In this document: in pieces, positions 1-11,231 of the stretch
Numbering within the stretch: position 1 is the first letter of the stretch
Layout: each line of letters starts with the position of its first letter
Source: a virus
IMG/VR virus record: IMGVR_UViG_3300045421_000501
Coordinates: 1-64,000 of that record
Length of the DNA stretch: 64,000 nt
Reading direction: 5' to 3' (one strand)
Made by a program: the position numbers and the translations under genes
Notes under the pieces: generated by a model
Database searches by the model: none
Told to the model about the DNA's origin: nothing
What the model saw: only the letters and a program-made list of their open reading frames with translations

Positions 1-897
1 GCATGGGTTCAAGCAAAAGTAACTTTAGCAACAGAAGGTATTCTTACTTGTGCAAATTATATGGCAGGTAAAGATCAAGAACTTGGTGAATCCATGAATA
101 TTGATGAAATTGCACCAGTAGTTGCTGGTGGATTATCTGTTGCAAGAATGGCAGCATCTCAAATAGCAAAAAATGCAATTAAAGGTGCAACAGAAAAAAC
201 AGTTGGTGCAGCTGCATCTGGTATCATAAACACCGCAGGAACACAAACTGCAAATACTTCTGCTCAACAAGCAGCCAAGCTTGCTATGCGTCCAGGATCA
301 TCTTCATATGTTTCAAATTTACCAATTGATCGTTCTGCTGCGACAGCACCAACAATTCCAAAACCACAAACACCATCATCTTCAAAACCACAAACACCAT
401 TACCAACAAATTCTTCTGGATCAACTTCGAATCAAATATCACCTAATGGTGTAAAAAATAAAACAAATGATTCTAAAATAAGAAAAAATATATCAAAATC
501 TATAGAAACATCAATATCAAATACTGCAAGTATTGCAAAAAAAGGTGTGGGTGGATATGTTGGTATGTTTACTCCAAAGGAAGAATTTTCTCAAAAATTA
601 TTATCATTCAAACAAATCAATGACATTATGGAAACTGCTGCATGGCAAAGAAAAGAAGGTAAAAATCCAGAAGGGGGATTGAATCAAAAAGGAATTGATT
701 CATATCGTAAAGAAAATCCCGGTTCAAAACTTTCAATGGCAGTTACTACACCACCTTCAAAGTTATCTCCAAATTCAAAAGCAGCAAAACGTAGAAAATC
801 TTTTTGTGCTCGTATGTCAGGAATGCCTGGTCCAATGAAAGATGAAAAAGGAAGACCAACAAGAAAAGCATTATCTCTGAGAAAGTGGAATTGTTGA
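1..897 (+). CDS. Modular low-complexity putative virion/internal head protein, 5'-truncated by the window
   Basis: Frame is open from base 1 (AWVQAKVTLATEGILTCANYM...). C-terminal AAWQRKEGKNPEGGLN...RRKSFCARM...SLRKWNC module is typical of cyanomyovirus proteins upstream of gp17. Confidence 0.6.
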   Translation, partial: AWVQAKVTLATEGILTCANYMAGKDQELGESMNIDEIAPVVAGGLSVARMAASQIAKNAIKGATEKTVGAAASGIINTAGTQTANTSAQQAAKLAMRPGSSSYVSNLPIDRSAATAPTIPKPQTPSSSKPQTPLPTNSSGSTSNQISPNGVKNKTNDSKIRKNISKSIETSISNTASIAKKGVGGYVGMFTPKEEFSQKLLSFKQINDIMETAAWQRKEGKNPEGGLNQKGIDSYRKENPGSKLSMAVTTPPSKLSPNSKAAKRRKSFCARMSGMPGPMKDEKGRPTRKALSLRKWNC

Positions 898-936
898 TAT
901 AAATGAATTGTTTAGGAAGAGATTAGTAGGTAACTT

Positions 937-2586
937 ATGGCTGCAGATATTTATCTCGGTAATCCAAATCTAAAAAAAGCAAATACTCAAATTGAGTTTA
1001 CTGAAGAAAATATTATTGAATTCATGAAATGTAAACAAGATCCTGTTTATTTTGCAAAAAAATATATCAAGATTGTTTCTCTTGATCATGGGCTTGTTTC
1101 ATTTAAAATGTATCCATTTCAAGAAAAATTGATTAAAAATTTCCATGCTCATAGATTTAATATTTGTAAAATGCCACGTCAAACTGGTAAATCAACAACT
1201 GCAGTATCATACATGTTGCATTATGCAGTATTTAATGACAATGTAAATATTGCAATTCTTGCAAATAAGGCTTCAACTGCAAGGGACTTGTTAAGTAGAT
1301 TGCAATTAGCATATGAAAATCTTCCTAAATGGATGCAGCAGGGCATCATAGCATGGAATAAAGGAAGCATGGAACTTGAGAATGGATCTAAAATTATGGC
1401 AGCATCTACATCAGCCTCAGCAATTCGTGGAGGATCTTATAATATTATTTTTTTGGATGAATTTGCATTTATTCCAAATCATATTGCAGAACAATTTTTT
1501 GCATCAGTATATCCCACAATTTCTTCGGGTCAAAATACAAAAGTAATTATGGTTTCTACGCCCCATGGCATGAATCATTTCTATAGATATTGGCACGATG
1601 CGGAAAGAGGAAAAAATGAATATATTCCAACAGAAGTGCATTGGTCAGAAGTACCAGGAAGGGATGCAAAATGGAAAGAACAAACAATTGCAAATACTTC
1701 GGAACAACAGTTTAAGGTTGAATTTGAATGTGAATTTTTGGGATCCGTAGATACATTGATTGCACCATCAAAATTAAAATCAATGGTATATGATGATCCT
1801 ATTAAAAGAAGTGGAGGACTTGATGTATATCACAATCCAGATTTAACAAGAGATTATATTATTACTGTAGATGTTTCTAGAGGAATTACTAAAGATTATT
1901 CTGCATTCGTAGTTTTTGACATTACAACATTTCCATATACAGTTGTTGCAAAATATAGAAATAATGAAATTAAACCAATGATTTTCCCTTCCGTTATAGA
2001 AGAGGTTGCCAAAGCATATAATAAAGCTTGGGTTCTGTGTGAAGTCAATGATATTGGTGATCAGGTTGCTTCAATTTTACATTTTGATTTAGAATATGAA
2101 AATATACTTATGGTTTCTATGAGAGGAAGAGCAGGGCAAATTGCTGGAGCAGGGTTTTCTGGAACTAAAACTCAACTAGGAATTAAAATGAGTGCAACAA
2201 CTAAAAAAATTGGTTGTTCAAACTTAAAAATTTTAGTAGAAGATGATAAATTAATAATTCAAGATTATGACATCATTAGCGAACTTACAACTTTTATTCA
2301 AAGAAAACAATCATTCGAGGCAGAAGAAGGTTGTAATGATGATCTTGCAATGTGTTTAGTTATATTTTCTTGGTTAGTTGCACAAGATTACTTCAAAGAA
2401 ATGACTGATCAAGATGTTCGCAAAAGAATTTATGATGGGCAAAGAGATCAAATTGAACAGGACATGTCTCCATTCGGATTCATTTTAGATGGAAGTGATT
2501 ATGAAGGCGAAATGGTTGATGAGAGTGGAGATAGATGGCATACTGATGAATATGGTGACGTTTCATACATGTGGGAATATAAGTAA
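937..2586 (+). CDS. gp17: Terminase large subunit
   Basis: YLGNPNLK N-terminus, Walker A PRQTGKST, Walker B IIFLDEFAF, nuclease DVSRG and NDDLAM; T4 gene order. Confidence 0.97.
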   Translation: MAADIYLGNPNLKKANTQIEFTEENIIEFMKCKQDPVYFAKKYIKIVSLDHGLVSFKMYPFQEKLIKNFHAHRFNICKMPRQTGKSTTAVSYMLHYAVFNDNVNIAILANKASTARDLLSRLQLAYENLPKWMQQGIIAWNKGSMELENGSKIMAASTSASAIRGGSYNIIFLDEFAFIPNHIAEQFFASVYPTISSGQNTKVIMVSTPHGMNHFYRYWHDAERGKNEYIPTEVHWSEVPGRDAKWKEQTIANTSEQQFKVEFECEFLGSVDTLIAPSKLKSMVYDDPIKRSGGLDVYHNPDLTRDYIITVDVSRGITKDYSAFVVFDITTFPYTVVAKYRNNEIKPMIFPSVIEEVAKAYNKAWVLCEVNDIGDQVASILHFDLEYENILMVSMRGRAGQIAGAGFSGTKTQLGIKMSATTKKIGCSNLKILVEDDKLIIQDYDIISELTTFIQRKQSFEAEEGCNDDLAMCLVIFSWLVAQDYFKEMTDQDVRKRIYDGQRDQIEQDMSPFGFILDGSDYEGEMVDESGDRWHTDEYGDVSYMWEYK

Positions 2587-2588
2587 TT

Positions 2589-2596
2589 TATAAATA
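2589..2596 (+). promoter_or_regulatory. T4-type late promoter TATAAATA (gp18)
   Basis: Exact consensus 40 nt upstream of the gp18 start. Confidence 0.8.
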
Positions 2597-2635
2597 CTTT
2601 CAGAATAAAATAGGGAATCTCTAGGGGAGTTTAGA

Positions 2636-4825
2636 ATGGCGATTCAGTTAGCATCTCCGGGCGTAAAAGTTAGAGAAGTTGATTTAACCAGAGGTGGTGT
2701 AAATGCAACATCAAATATTGCTGCAGGAATTGCAGCACCATTTCAAAAAGGTCCGGTAAATGAAATTAAAAGAATATCAAATGAGAAACAATTAGTTGAT
2801 ATTTTTGGACAACCAGGAGTTGGAACAACAGACTACCATTATGAATCTTGGTATGCTGCTTCAAATTTTCTTTCATATGGTGGAGAATTAGATGTAGTTA
2901 GAGCAGGTGGATCAAATCTTGTTAATTCAAATGCTGCTGTTGCAGTTGCATCGTCATCAAGTTTAAAAATTTATAACTTTGAGGATTTTAATAATAATAG
3001 GTATAATGATTCAAATTGGTATTTTGCATCAAAAAATCCTGGTTTTTGGGCAGAAAATATAAAGGTATGTATTATTGATAATGCAGCTGATCAAAGAATT
3101 TCAGGAATTTCTAGTTTAACAAGTAATTCTGATCAAATAAAAGTTGGATATGCGGTAACTCAAACATTGAGTGGAGTGAATATTGGAATTGGTACAACAT
3201 CAGATGCAAATGGATATCTGAAAGGACTAATTACTGGTGTTGGAGTTAGTCACGTTGATATAAAAATTACTTCGTATGTTTCTGGAATTGGAAATACAGA
3301 ATATTCAATTTCATATCAGCAAAATTCACTGTATGAATTTAAAACTGGAGCAGGGTATGTAATTGGTGTTTCATCAGAAGCAGGAAATGCTGGAATTTTA
3401 ACTGGATCCTTAATAAATCAAAATTGGTATGATACTCAAAATATTTTGACTTCTGCTGAAGATGGTGGAACCGATCCATTTACATTATCATGGAGATCTG
3501 TTTTAAACAAACCACAAGATAGTGCATATGTTACTCAAAGATCTGGTAAAAATGATTCTTTAAATCTAGTAGTAATTGATATAACTGGATCAATTAGTGG
3601 TTCTGTAGGAACAATTTTAGAAAAATTTGGAAATCTTTCTAAAGCTAAGGATACCGAAATTTCTCCACAAAAATCAACATATTATAAAGATTATATCGCA
3701 GAAAATTCAAATTATATTTTTGCAGGAACTTCTCCAGCAAGAAATGATTCATATTGGAATACTTCTGCAAAACCAGCAGGATTTTCTGCAGGAATTACTA
3801 CGGTATCAACAGCAGCTGGATCTTGGGGACAAAATGCTCAGGGAATAATTTTTAACTCTGTAGGAAATATTTCATATAAACTAACTGGTGGTAAAGATTA
3901 CATTGGAATTGGATTATTTGATTGTGATCTTGGTGATCTAATGACATCATATGATTATTTTAATGATCCAGTAAATAGTGATATTCGTTTTCTACTCCAA
4001 GGTGGTGCTCATAAAAGTAAAGAAGATGAGCAAGCAAAAGCTAAAAAATTAATTTCAATTTGCGAATTTAGAAAAGATTGTGTAACATTCATTTCTCCAA
4101 ATCGAGATAGTGTTGTAAATCTTACGAATCAATCAACACAATTATCAAATATTCTCTCATTCTTTTCTCCATTAACATCTTCTTCTTATGCAATTTTTGA
4201 TTCCGGATATCAATACGTATATGATAGGTGGAATAAAAAATATGTTTATATTCCAACATCAAATGATGTTGCCGGATTGTGCGTAAGAACAGACATAAAT
4301 CAATTTCCATGGTTCTCTCCTGCGGGAAGTAGTAGAGGAAATTTAAATTATGCTATCAAATTAGCATATAATCCTGGACAAGATCATAGAGATCGTCTTT
4401 ATTCAAATAGAATTAATCCAATAATTGCTTCTCCTGGAGCAGGAATTATTCTTTATGGTGATAAGACTGGACTTTCCTATGAAAGTTCTTTTGATCGAAT
4501 CAATGTTCGAAGATTGTTTATTACAATTGAAAAAGCAATTGCAAATGTTGCAGATGCACAATTATTTGAATTAAATGATGCAGGTACTCGATCTAATTTT
4601 GTAAATATTATAGAACCTTATTTGAGAGATATTAAAGCAAAAAGAGGAATTTATGATTATCAAATCATCTGTGATGATACAAATAATCCACCAGATGTTA
4701 TTGATAGAAGTGAATTTGTTGCTGACATTTATGTCAAACCAGCTAGATCAATTAATTTTATAGGTCTAACATTTGTATCAACCAGAACCGGAATTTCCTT
4801 TTCGGAAGTAATCGGAACAGTATAA
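2636..4825 (+). CDS. gp18: Tail sheath protein
   Basis: SPGVKVREVDLT start, PWFSPAG, FDRINVRRLF, KPARSINFI. Confidence 0.97.
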   Translation: MAIQLASPGVKVREVDLTRGGVNATSNIAAGIAAPFQKGPVNEIKRISNEKQLVDIFGQPGVGTTDYHYESWYAASNFLSYGGELDVVRAGGSNLVNSNAAVAVASSSSLKIYNFEDFNNNRYNDSNWYFASKNPGFWAENIKVCIIDNAADQRISGISSLTSNSDQIKVGYAVTQTLSGVNIGIGTTSDANGYLKGLITGVGVSHVDIKITSYVSGIGNTEYSISYQQNSLYEFKTGAGYVIGVSSEAGNAGILTGSLINQNWYDTQNILTSAEDGGTDPFTLSWRSVLNKPQDSAYVTQRSGKNDSLNLVVIDITGSISGSVGTILEKFGNLSKAKDTEISPQKSTYYKDYIAENSNYIFAGTSPARNDSYWNTSAKPAGFSAGITTVSTAAGSWGQNAQGIIFNSVGNISYKLTGGKDYIGIGLFDCDLGDLMTSYDYFNDPVNSDIRFLLQGGAHKSKEDEQAKAKKLISICEFRKDCVTFISPNRDSVVNLTNQSTQLSNILSFFSPLTSSSYAIFDSGYQYVYDRWNKKYVYIPTSNDVAGLCVRTDINQFPWFSPAGSSRGNLNYAIKLAYNPGQDHRDRLYSNRINPIIASPGAGIILYGDKTGLSYESSFDRINVRRLFITIEKAIANVADAQLFELNDAGTRSNFVNIIEPYLRDIKAKRGIYDYQIICDDTNNPPDVIDRSEFVADIYVKPARSINFIGLTFVSTRTGISFSEVIGTV

Positions 4826-4840
4826 TAGGAGAAACTACCC

Positions 4841-5476
4841 ATGCCATTAGATAGAAACACAGCAGGTATTCTTAATAATACAAGAACGATTGATTCATTC
4901 AAGAGTCGATTGGTTCAGGGAGGTGCTCGTCCCAATTTATTTGAAGTCGAATTTGATTTTCCATCAACAATTAAAGCAGAGTTGGGAGATATTCCAACAG
5001 ACACTACATATAGAATGTTAATTAAAGGAGCACAACTTCCAGCATCAAATATCGCAGAAGTAATTGTTCCCTTTAGAGGAAGACAGCTAAAAGTGGCTGG
5101 AGATAGAAGATTTGATCCATGGACAATTACAGTTGTCAATGATGGTGATTTTAAACTAAAAGAAGCATTTGAAAAGTGGTCAAATTATATTACCAAAACT
5201 TCAGATGGTTCTGGTACAATAAGACCTCAAGATTATTTTGCAAATTGGATTGTTCATCAACTAGGAAGAGCATCTTATACTTCAGGATCAGCTTCTGCAA
5301 GTGGATCTACACTTCCAATTCTAAGAAGTTATAAGATGTATGGATGTTGGCCAAGCATTGTTTCTGGAATTGAACTATCGTATGATAGTGCAGACACCGT
5401 AGAAGAATTTCAAGTAACATTACAAGTTCAATGGTGGGAAGCATATAATAGCACAGGCGGCGATTCAATTGTTTGA
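4841..5476 (+). CDS. gp19: Tail tube protein
   Basis: GGARPNLFEV, PFRGRQLKVAGDRRFDPWTIT, EEFQVTL. Confidence 0.96.
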   Translation: MPLDRNTAGILNNTRTIDSFKSRLVQGGARPNLFEVEFDFPSTIKAELGDIPTDTTYRMLIKGAQLPASNIAEVIVPFRGRQLKVAGDRRFDPWTITVVNDGDFKLKEAFEKWSNYITKTSDGSGTIRPQDYFANWIVHQLGRASYTSGSASASGSTLPILRSYKMYGCWPSIVSGIELSYDSADTVEEFQVTLQVQWWEAYNSTGGDSIV

Positions 5477-5501
5477 TAAATAGTGAAAATTACTTTACAC
5501 T

Positions 5502-7181
5502 ATGGCTGCCGGAAAAAAATTATTTGGATTTGCTCTTGAGGATGTTGATGATAAAAAATCACAAAGTGTAGTCAGCCCTGTTCCTCCAAATGATGAGGAT
5601 GGGGTTGATTATTATTTGTCTTCTGGATTTTATGGTCAATACGTAGATTTAGAAGGAGTTTTTAGAACCGAATTTGATATTGTAAAAAAATATCGTGATA
5701 TGGCATTGCATCCGGAATGTGATACTGCAATTGAACATGTTGTAAATGAGGCTATTGTTTCTGACTTAAACGATAGTCCAATTCAAATTGATTTGGATAA
5801 TTTGAATGCAAGTGATAATTTAAAATCTGTAATTCGCAATGAATTCAAATATATTAAAGATTTGATGCAATTTGATAAAAAAGCACATGAAATTTTTAGA
5901 AATTGGTATGTTGATGGAAGAATTTATTATCATAAAGTAATTGATATGAAAAAACCTGATGAAGGTATTCAAGATATCAGGTATATTGACGCACTAAAAA
6001 TAAAATTAATGAGAATTCGTCCTCAGGATAAAAGTCATGGGCAAACATTGAAAATTGATTTGGGAACAGATAATCCTTTGATACATCAACATGCAGATGC
6101 AGAAGTTGAAGAATTTTATATTTATTATCCCAAAGGAATGGTTGAAAAATATGGATCCATAACCGGAAAGGGAATTAAAATTGCAAAAGATTCAATTACT
6201 TTTGTTTCTTCCGGACTTGTGGATCGAAATAAGTATCTTACGCTTTCATATTTACATAAAGCTATTAAATCCCTCAATCAACTTCGTATGATTGAAGATT
6301 CTCTTGTAATTTATAGACTTTCAAGAGCACCAGAAAAAAGAATTTTTTATATTGATGTTGGAAATTTGCCAAAAGTAAAAGCAGAACAATATCTTCGTGA
6401 TGTGATGATGAGATACCGCAATCGAATGCATTACGATGCTCATACTGGAGAAGTTAAAGATGATAAAAAATTTGTAAGTATGTTGGAAGATTTTTGGCTT
6501 CCTCGTCGGGAAGGTGGAAGAGGAACTGAAATTGGAACTCTTCCTGGAGGACAAAATTTAGGAGAACTTCAAGACATTGAATATTTTCAAAAAAAACTTT
6601 TCAGATCATTGAATATTCCCGATAGTAGACTTGCAAGTGAGAGTGGATTTAATCTTGGTCGTTCTTCAGAAATTCTTCGTGATGAATTAATGTTTTCAAA
6701 ATTTGTCGGAAGAATGAGAAAAAGATTTAGTAATATTTTCATTGATATGCTAAAAACTCAATTAATTTTGAAAAATATTGTCACCCCAGAAGACTGGGAA
6801 AAAATGGCAGAGCATATTCAATTTGATTATTTGTACGACAATCATTTTTCTGAATTAAAAGAAACCGAATTGATGAACGAAAGATTAAATTTAATGGTTG
6901 CAATTGAACCTTATATTGGAACTTATTACTCTAGAGATTATGTTAAACGTAAAGTCTTGAGAATGACAGAAGAAGAAATTGAAGAAATGACTCGAGAAAT
7001 GGAAGAAGAAAATGAAACAGGTGTTGGTGTTCCATTAGATGTTCAAAATGAAATCGCGGTTGGAAAAAATCAATCTAATAATGATTTGGGAGAAAATCCA
7101 CCAGAACCAGATTTGGAAAATAATAAAAATTCTGGAGCAACAGAATCTCCAAAAATAAATATTAAAAAAGCTAAGATATAA
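5502..7181 (+). CDS. gp20: Portal vertex protein
   Basis: IYRLSRAPEKRIFYIDVGNLPK, EDFWLPRREGGRGTEI. Confidence 0.97.
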   Translation: MAAGKKLFGFALEDVDDKKSQSVVSPVPPNDEDGVDYYLSSGFYGQYVDLEGVFRTEFDIVKKYRDMALHPECDTAIEHVVNEAIVSDLNDSPIQIDLDNLNASDNLKSVIRNEFKYIKDLMQFDKKAHEIFRNWYVDGRIYYHKVIDMKKPDEGIQDIRYIDALKIKLMRIRPQDKSHGQTLKIDLGTDNPLIHQHADAEVEEFYIYYPKGMVEKYGSITGKGIKIAKDSITFVSSGLVDRNKYLTLSYLHKAIKSLNQLRMIEDSLVIYRLSRAPEKRIFYIDVGNLPKVKAEQYLRDVMMRYRNRMHYDAHTGEVKDDKKFVSMLEDFWLPRREGGRGTEIGTLPGGQNLGELQDIEYFQKKLFRSLNIPDSRLASESGFNLGRSSEILRDELMFSKFVGRMRKRFSNIFIDMLKTQLILKNIVTPEDWEKMAEHIQFDYLYDNHFSELKETELMNERLNLMVAIEPYIGTYYSRDYVKRKVLRMTEEEIEEMTREMEEENETGVGVPLDVQNEIAVGKNQSNNDLGENPPEPDLENNKNSGATESPKINIKKAKI

Positions 7182-7184
7182 ATA
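7177..7184 (+). promoter_or_regulatory. Late promoter TATAAATA
   Basis: Exact consensus overlapping the gp20 stop codon. Confidence 0.75.
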
Positions 7185-7206
7185 AATACAAGGCATATCT
7201 ATAACT

Positions 7207-7416
7207 ATGGAAACTTCAGAATTAGTAAATATGATTGCGGCAGATGCTAAACCATCAGATATTTCTGATTATATTAAAAATTTACTTTATGCAAAATCAG
7301 CGGAAAAAATTGACGATTTGAGACCATCTGTTTCTGCTAATTTATTTGGAGATGATCATGATGAATTCGAAGAAAATGATGATTCAGAAGAATTCGATTC
7401 AGAAGAGGTAGAATGA
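7207..7416 (+). CDS. Small acidic protein, possible prohead core protein (gp67 position)
   Basis: 69 aa with an acidic tail, between gp20 and gp21. Confidence 0.6.
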   Translation: METSELVNMIAADAKPSDISDYIKNLLYAKSAEKIDDLRPSVSANLFGDDHDEFEENDDSEEFDSEEVE

Positions 7417-7979
7417 GCGCATCACAACCATTAAGTTTAGTAAAAGATTATGGATTACTTGATAGTAGTAACGATAGTATCAAAACTTCAAATCCCCAGA
7501 TTATAAAAACTGGTATTGTTTATGCATCTTGTAGTACTGAAAAAAAGGGTGGGAACATTGGAGTCTGCAATACAACAACTAGTTCTGGTATTGGTTCATT
7601 TCATATAAATCTTGGAACAGAACTTCTTTATCGTTATGGACATCCCGCTCAAGCAGTTATTACTGGAATACAAACAGGAACAAGTACAGTTCTAACATTA
7701 AATCATACAGATACCAAACTTAGAGTTGGTGATTATATTCAAGTTGTCGGAGCAGGAACAACATATGATAATAGTCTTTTTCATAAAGAAATTACGGAAA
7801 TTCAATTTCCTCAACAATGGAATAATTATCAAACAAAAATTACCATAAATGCAAATACAAATTCTGGGCATCATACTTTTGTTGGAGTTGCGACTGCAGC
7901 AAAATCAATTGTTTTTGTATTAAAACCAGAAACTAATCATGGGTGTACAGTACATTTACACGAGGTACAACTAGGATGA
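7413..7979 (+). CDS. Hypothetical beta-rich protein, probably virion-associated
   Basis: 188-aa G/T-rich ORF translationally coupled within the head operon. Confidence 0.55.
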   Translation: MSASQPLSLVKDYGLLDSSNDSIKTSNPQIIKTGIVYASCSTEKKGGNIGVCNTTTSSGIGSFHINLGTELLYRYGHPAQAVITGIQTGTSTVLTLNHTDTKLRVGDYIQVVGAGTTYDNSLFHKEITEIQFPQQWNNYQTKITINANTNSGHHTFVGVATAAKSIVFVLKPETNHGCTVHLHEVQLG

Positions 7980-8623
7980 AATTAATTTCCGAAGAAATAG
8001 AATCAGTAGAAGTTTTTACTGAAGAAAAAAATGGTAAAAAAACTCTTTATATTCAAGGACCTTTTCTTCAAGCAGAAACTGTAAATCGTAATAAAAGATT
8101 TTATCCAATTTCAACTTTAGTTAAAGAAGTTGCAAGATATACTCAAGTATTTGTTGAAAATGGAAGAGCTCTTGGTGAGTTGGGACATCCAAATGGACCA
8201 ATTATCAACTTAGACAGAGTTTCTCACAAAATTGTAGAACTCAAACAAGACGGAAATAATTTTATAGGTAAAGCTCAAATTCTTTCAACACCAATGGGAA
8301 AAATTGCATCTTCACTTTTAGGTGAGGGTGTAAAATTAGGAGTTTCTTCTAGAGGAATGGGATCTCTTTTTCAAAAAGAAGGAATTAATTACGTTAGTGA
8401 AGATTTTATGCTTGCGACTGCTGCTGATATTGTAGCAGATCCTTCTGCTCCTGATGCTTTTGTAAATGGAATCATGGAAGGTAAAGAATGGATTTGGGAA
8501 GGAAATGTTCTTCGAGAAATTCAATGCACTGAAATCAAAAGAGAAATAAATACACTTGTTGATCAAGATTTGTTAGAATCAAATAAACTTCGTTTATTTG
8601 GAAAATTTTTATCAAATCTATAA
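7976..8623 (+). CDS. gp21: Prohead core protease
   Basis: MKLISEE start at ATG 7976; RALGELGHP, GVSSRGMGS, DIVADPSAPDAFV. Confidence 0.96.
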   Translation: MKLISEEIESVEVFTEEKNGKKTLYIQGPFLQAETVNRNKRFYPISTLVKEVARYTQVFVENGRALGELGHPNGPIINLDRVSHKIVELKQDGNNFIGKAQILSTPMGKIASSLLGEGVKLGVSSRGMGSLFQKEGINYVSEDFMLATAADIVADPSAPDAFVNGIMEGKEWIWEGNVLREIQCTEIKREINTLVDQDLLESNKLRLFGKFLSNL

Positions 8624-8625
8624 AT

Positions 8626-8633
8626 TATAAATA
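8626..8633 (+). promoter_or_regulatory. Late promoter TATAAATA (gp22/gp23)
   Basis: Exact consensus upstream of gp22. Confidence 0.8.
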
Positions 8634-8664
8634 ATAACAGAAAATATAGGAATTTGGTAGAAAG

Positions 8665-9759
8665 ATGACCGTTGGTAAAAATCTACAAGAAATGCAAAAT
8701 CAAGTAACAAAGGATGCCAAGCCTGCGGAACCAATGCCTAAGGCTGCAAACTATGTTCCTGATAATGATTCAATAGAAGTTTTAGGTGGTCCTACACCTC
8801 AAAATTCTAAGCCGGATGATGAGAGTAATAAACTCAAATCTCCTTCTGCAACATTTATTGCCAAAAGCAATCCTATAACAAAGGGATCTGCCGGTACTGT
8901 TCAAATGCCTGGACCACAAGGTGCTGTTGGTATGAAGGCAAGTGGATATGGTCGTGGGGCTAATGAAGAGGTTGAAGTTGAAGATGAGTCATTCCTAGAA
9001 GATGAAGAAGGTTCAAACTATGAAGAAGATGAATTTGAAGAAGAAGAAGAGTTAGATCTTGAAGATGATGTAAAGGCTCTTCTATCAGGTGAAGATCTTT
9101 CTGAAGAATTCCAAGAAAAAGCAAAAACAGTATTTGAAGCAGCTGTTCGTTCCAAGATTTCTTCTTTGAGGGAATCGATGGAACATAATTATGAATCTGC
9201 TCTAATTGAACAAGTAGAGCAGATTAAGTTTGATCTTACTGAACGTGTTGATTCATATTTAGAATATGTTGCAAATGAGTGGATCAACGAAAATGAATTA
9301 CAAATTGAATCAGGACTCAAAGGAGAATTATCCGAGTCCTTTATGACTGGTCTCAAAAATCTTTTTGAAGAACATTATGTAGAAATCCCTGAAGAAAAAT
9401 ATAATGTTGTTGAAGCTATGGTACAAAAACTTGATGAGATGGAAATAAAACTCAATGAGCAGATTACTACAAATATTAGCTTAAACAAGCGTTTGTCGGA
9501 GTCTGTCTCTAATAATATCATTGACGAAGTAAGTGAAGGTTTAGCTCTTTCCCAAAAGGAAAAACTTGCCGCTCTTGCCGAAAGTGTTGAGTTTGAAAGT
9601 GAAGGACAATACCGTGAAAAACTAAAGACGCTTCGTGAAGCATATTTTGCACCTAAATTAGCGTCAAATAATTCACAAGAAGTCATTTCTGAAGAAGTAA
9701 ATGAAGATTATGGACCTACAATGAATGCTTATCTTCATGCATTGACAAAGTTCAACTAA
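8665..9759 (+). CDS. gp22: Prohead core scaffolding protein
   Basis: Acidic coiled coil, LSEEFQEKAKTVFEAAV, VDSYLEYVANEW; precedes gp23. Confidence 0.93.
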   Translation: MTVGKNLQEMQNQVTKDAKPAEPMPKAANYVPDNDSIEVLGGPTPQNSKPDDESNKLKSPSATFIAKSNPITKGSAGTVQMPGPQGAVGMKASGYGRGANEEVEVEDESFLEDEEGSNYEEDEFEEEEELDLEDDVKALLSGEDLSEEFQEKAKTVFEAAVRSKISSLRESMEHNYESALIEQVEQIKFDLTERVDSYLEYVANEWINENELQIESGLKGELSESFMTGLKNLFEEHYVEIPEEKYNVVEAMVQKLDEMEIKLNEQITTNISLNKRLSESVSNNIIDEVSEGLALSQKEKLAALAESVEFESEGQYREKLKTLREAYFAPKLASNNSQEVISEEVNEDYGPTMNAYLHALTKFN

Positions 9760-9813
9760 ATTGATTTTTATATTATAACACACACACTTTTTTCAAGAAG
9801 GAGTTAATTTCAA

Positions 9814-11214
9814 ATGTATAACGCAACTCAGTTGCAGAGAAAGTGGGCTCCTCTTCTAGAGGCAGAGGGTCTAGATAAAATCTCAGATCCACATAGAAGA
9901 GCAGTTACCGCTCAACTGTTAGAAAATCAGGAGAATGATTTACGTGAAGGTAGATCATTCCTATCAGAAACTGCACCAACTTTCAATACCGATCCTGCAG
10001 GAACAGGAAATCCAGGATTTTCTGGATCAGCAACGACTCCAGTTGCAGGTTTTGATCCGGTTCTAATTAGTTTAATTAGACGTGCAATGCCTAACTTGGT
10101 CGCTTATGACTTAGCAGGTGTTCAACCAATGAATGGTCCTACTGGACTCATTTTTGCAATGAGAACTAAGTATGACAATCAAAGAGGAACTGAAGCGTTC
10201 TTCAATGAGCCAAATTCTGCATTCTCAGCACAAAACTCTTCTGCTAATCTTACTCAAGGAGATTATACTGGTGGTGTTGATGGAGACAGCACTGTAGGTT
10301 TCGGTACAACTGCACAATCCGGAACAAATCCATCCATTCTAAATGGTGGTGCATCAAATGCATATAATGTAGGTCAAGGTTTCAGAACTCAAGATCTAGA
10401 ATCTCTTGGAGATGGTCCTGCAAATAATTTCCGTGAAATGTCTTTCTCAATCGAGAAAGTTAGCGTAACTGCAAAGTCAAGAGCACTCAAAGCTGAGTAT
10501 TCATTAGAACTTGCACAAGATCTCAAGGCTATTCATGGTCTTGATGCGGAAGCAGAATTGGCAAATATTCTTTCTATAGAAATTCTTGCCGAAATCAACC
10601 GCGAAATCATTCGTACCATCTATAAAGTGGCTGAGCCTGGTGCTCAAACCAATACAGCAACTGCTGGTATATTTGACTTGGATATTGATTCCAATGGTCG
10701 TTGGATGGTTGAGAAGTTCAAAGGTATGATGTTCCAACTGGAGCGTGATGCTAATGCAATCGCTCAGAGAACTCGTAGAGGAAAGGGCAATATGATTCTT
10801 TGCTCTGCCGACGTTGCTTCTGCACTTCAAGCTGCAGGTCAACTTTCATACTCTGATGCTCTAAGCAATAATCTACAGGTTGATGATACCGGAAATACTT
10901 TTGCTGGTGTTCTAAATGGTCGCTATAAAGTTTATATCGATCCATTTGCTGCAAACCTAAGTGCAGATCAATACTATGTAATGGGATATAAGGGTACTTC
11001 ACCTTATGATGCAGGTCTTTTCTACTGCCCCTATGTGCCTCTACAGATGGTACGTGCTGTTGGACAGGATACATTCCAACCAAAAATTGGATTCAAGACT
11101 CGCTATGGTATGGTTGCAAATCCATTTGCAGAAGGAACCGATGTTGGTGCAGGTCGTATCACCAATGATACAAACCGTTACTACAGAAGAGTAAAAGTTC
11201 AAAATCTAATGTGA
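9814..11214 (+). CDS. gp23: Major capsid protein
   Basis: KWAPLL, GVQPMNGPTGLIFAMR, KSRALKAEYSLELAQDLKAIHGLDAE, FQPKIGFKTRYG. Confidence 0.99.
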   Translation: MYNATQLQRKWAPLLEAEGLDKISDPHRRAVTAQLLENQENDLREGRSFLSETAPTFNTDPAGTGNPGFSGSATTPVAGFDPVLISLIRRAMPNLVAYDLAGVQPMNGPTGLIFAMRTKYDNQRGTEAFFNEPNSAFSAQNSSANLTQGDYTGGVDGDSTVGFGTTAQSGTNPSILNGGASNAYNVGQGFRTQDLESLGDGPANNFREMSFSIEKVSVTAKSRALKAEYSLELAQDLKAIHGLDAEAELANILSIEILAEINREIIRTIYKVAEPGAQTNTATAGIFDLDIDSNGRWMVEKFKGMMFQLERDANAIAQRTRRGKGNMILCSADVASALQAAGQLSYSDALSNNLQVDDTGNTFAGVLNGRYKVYIDPFAANLSADQYYVMGYKGTSPYDAGLFYCPYVPLQMVRAVGQDTFQPKIGFKTRYGMVANPFAEGTDVGAGRITNDTNRYYRRVKVQNLM

Positions 11215-11231
11215 TTTTGAAATTATATTTT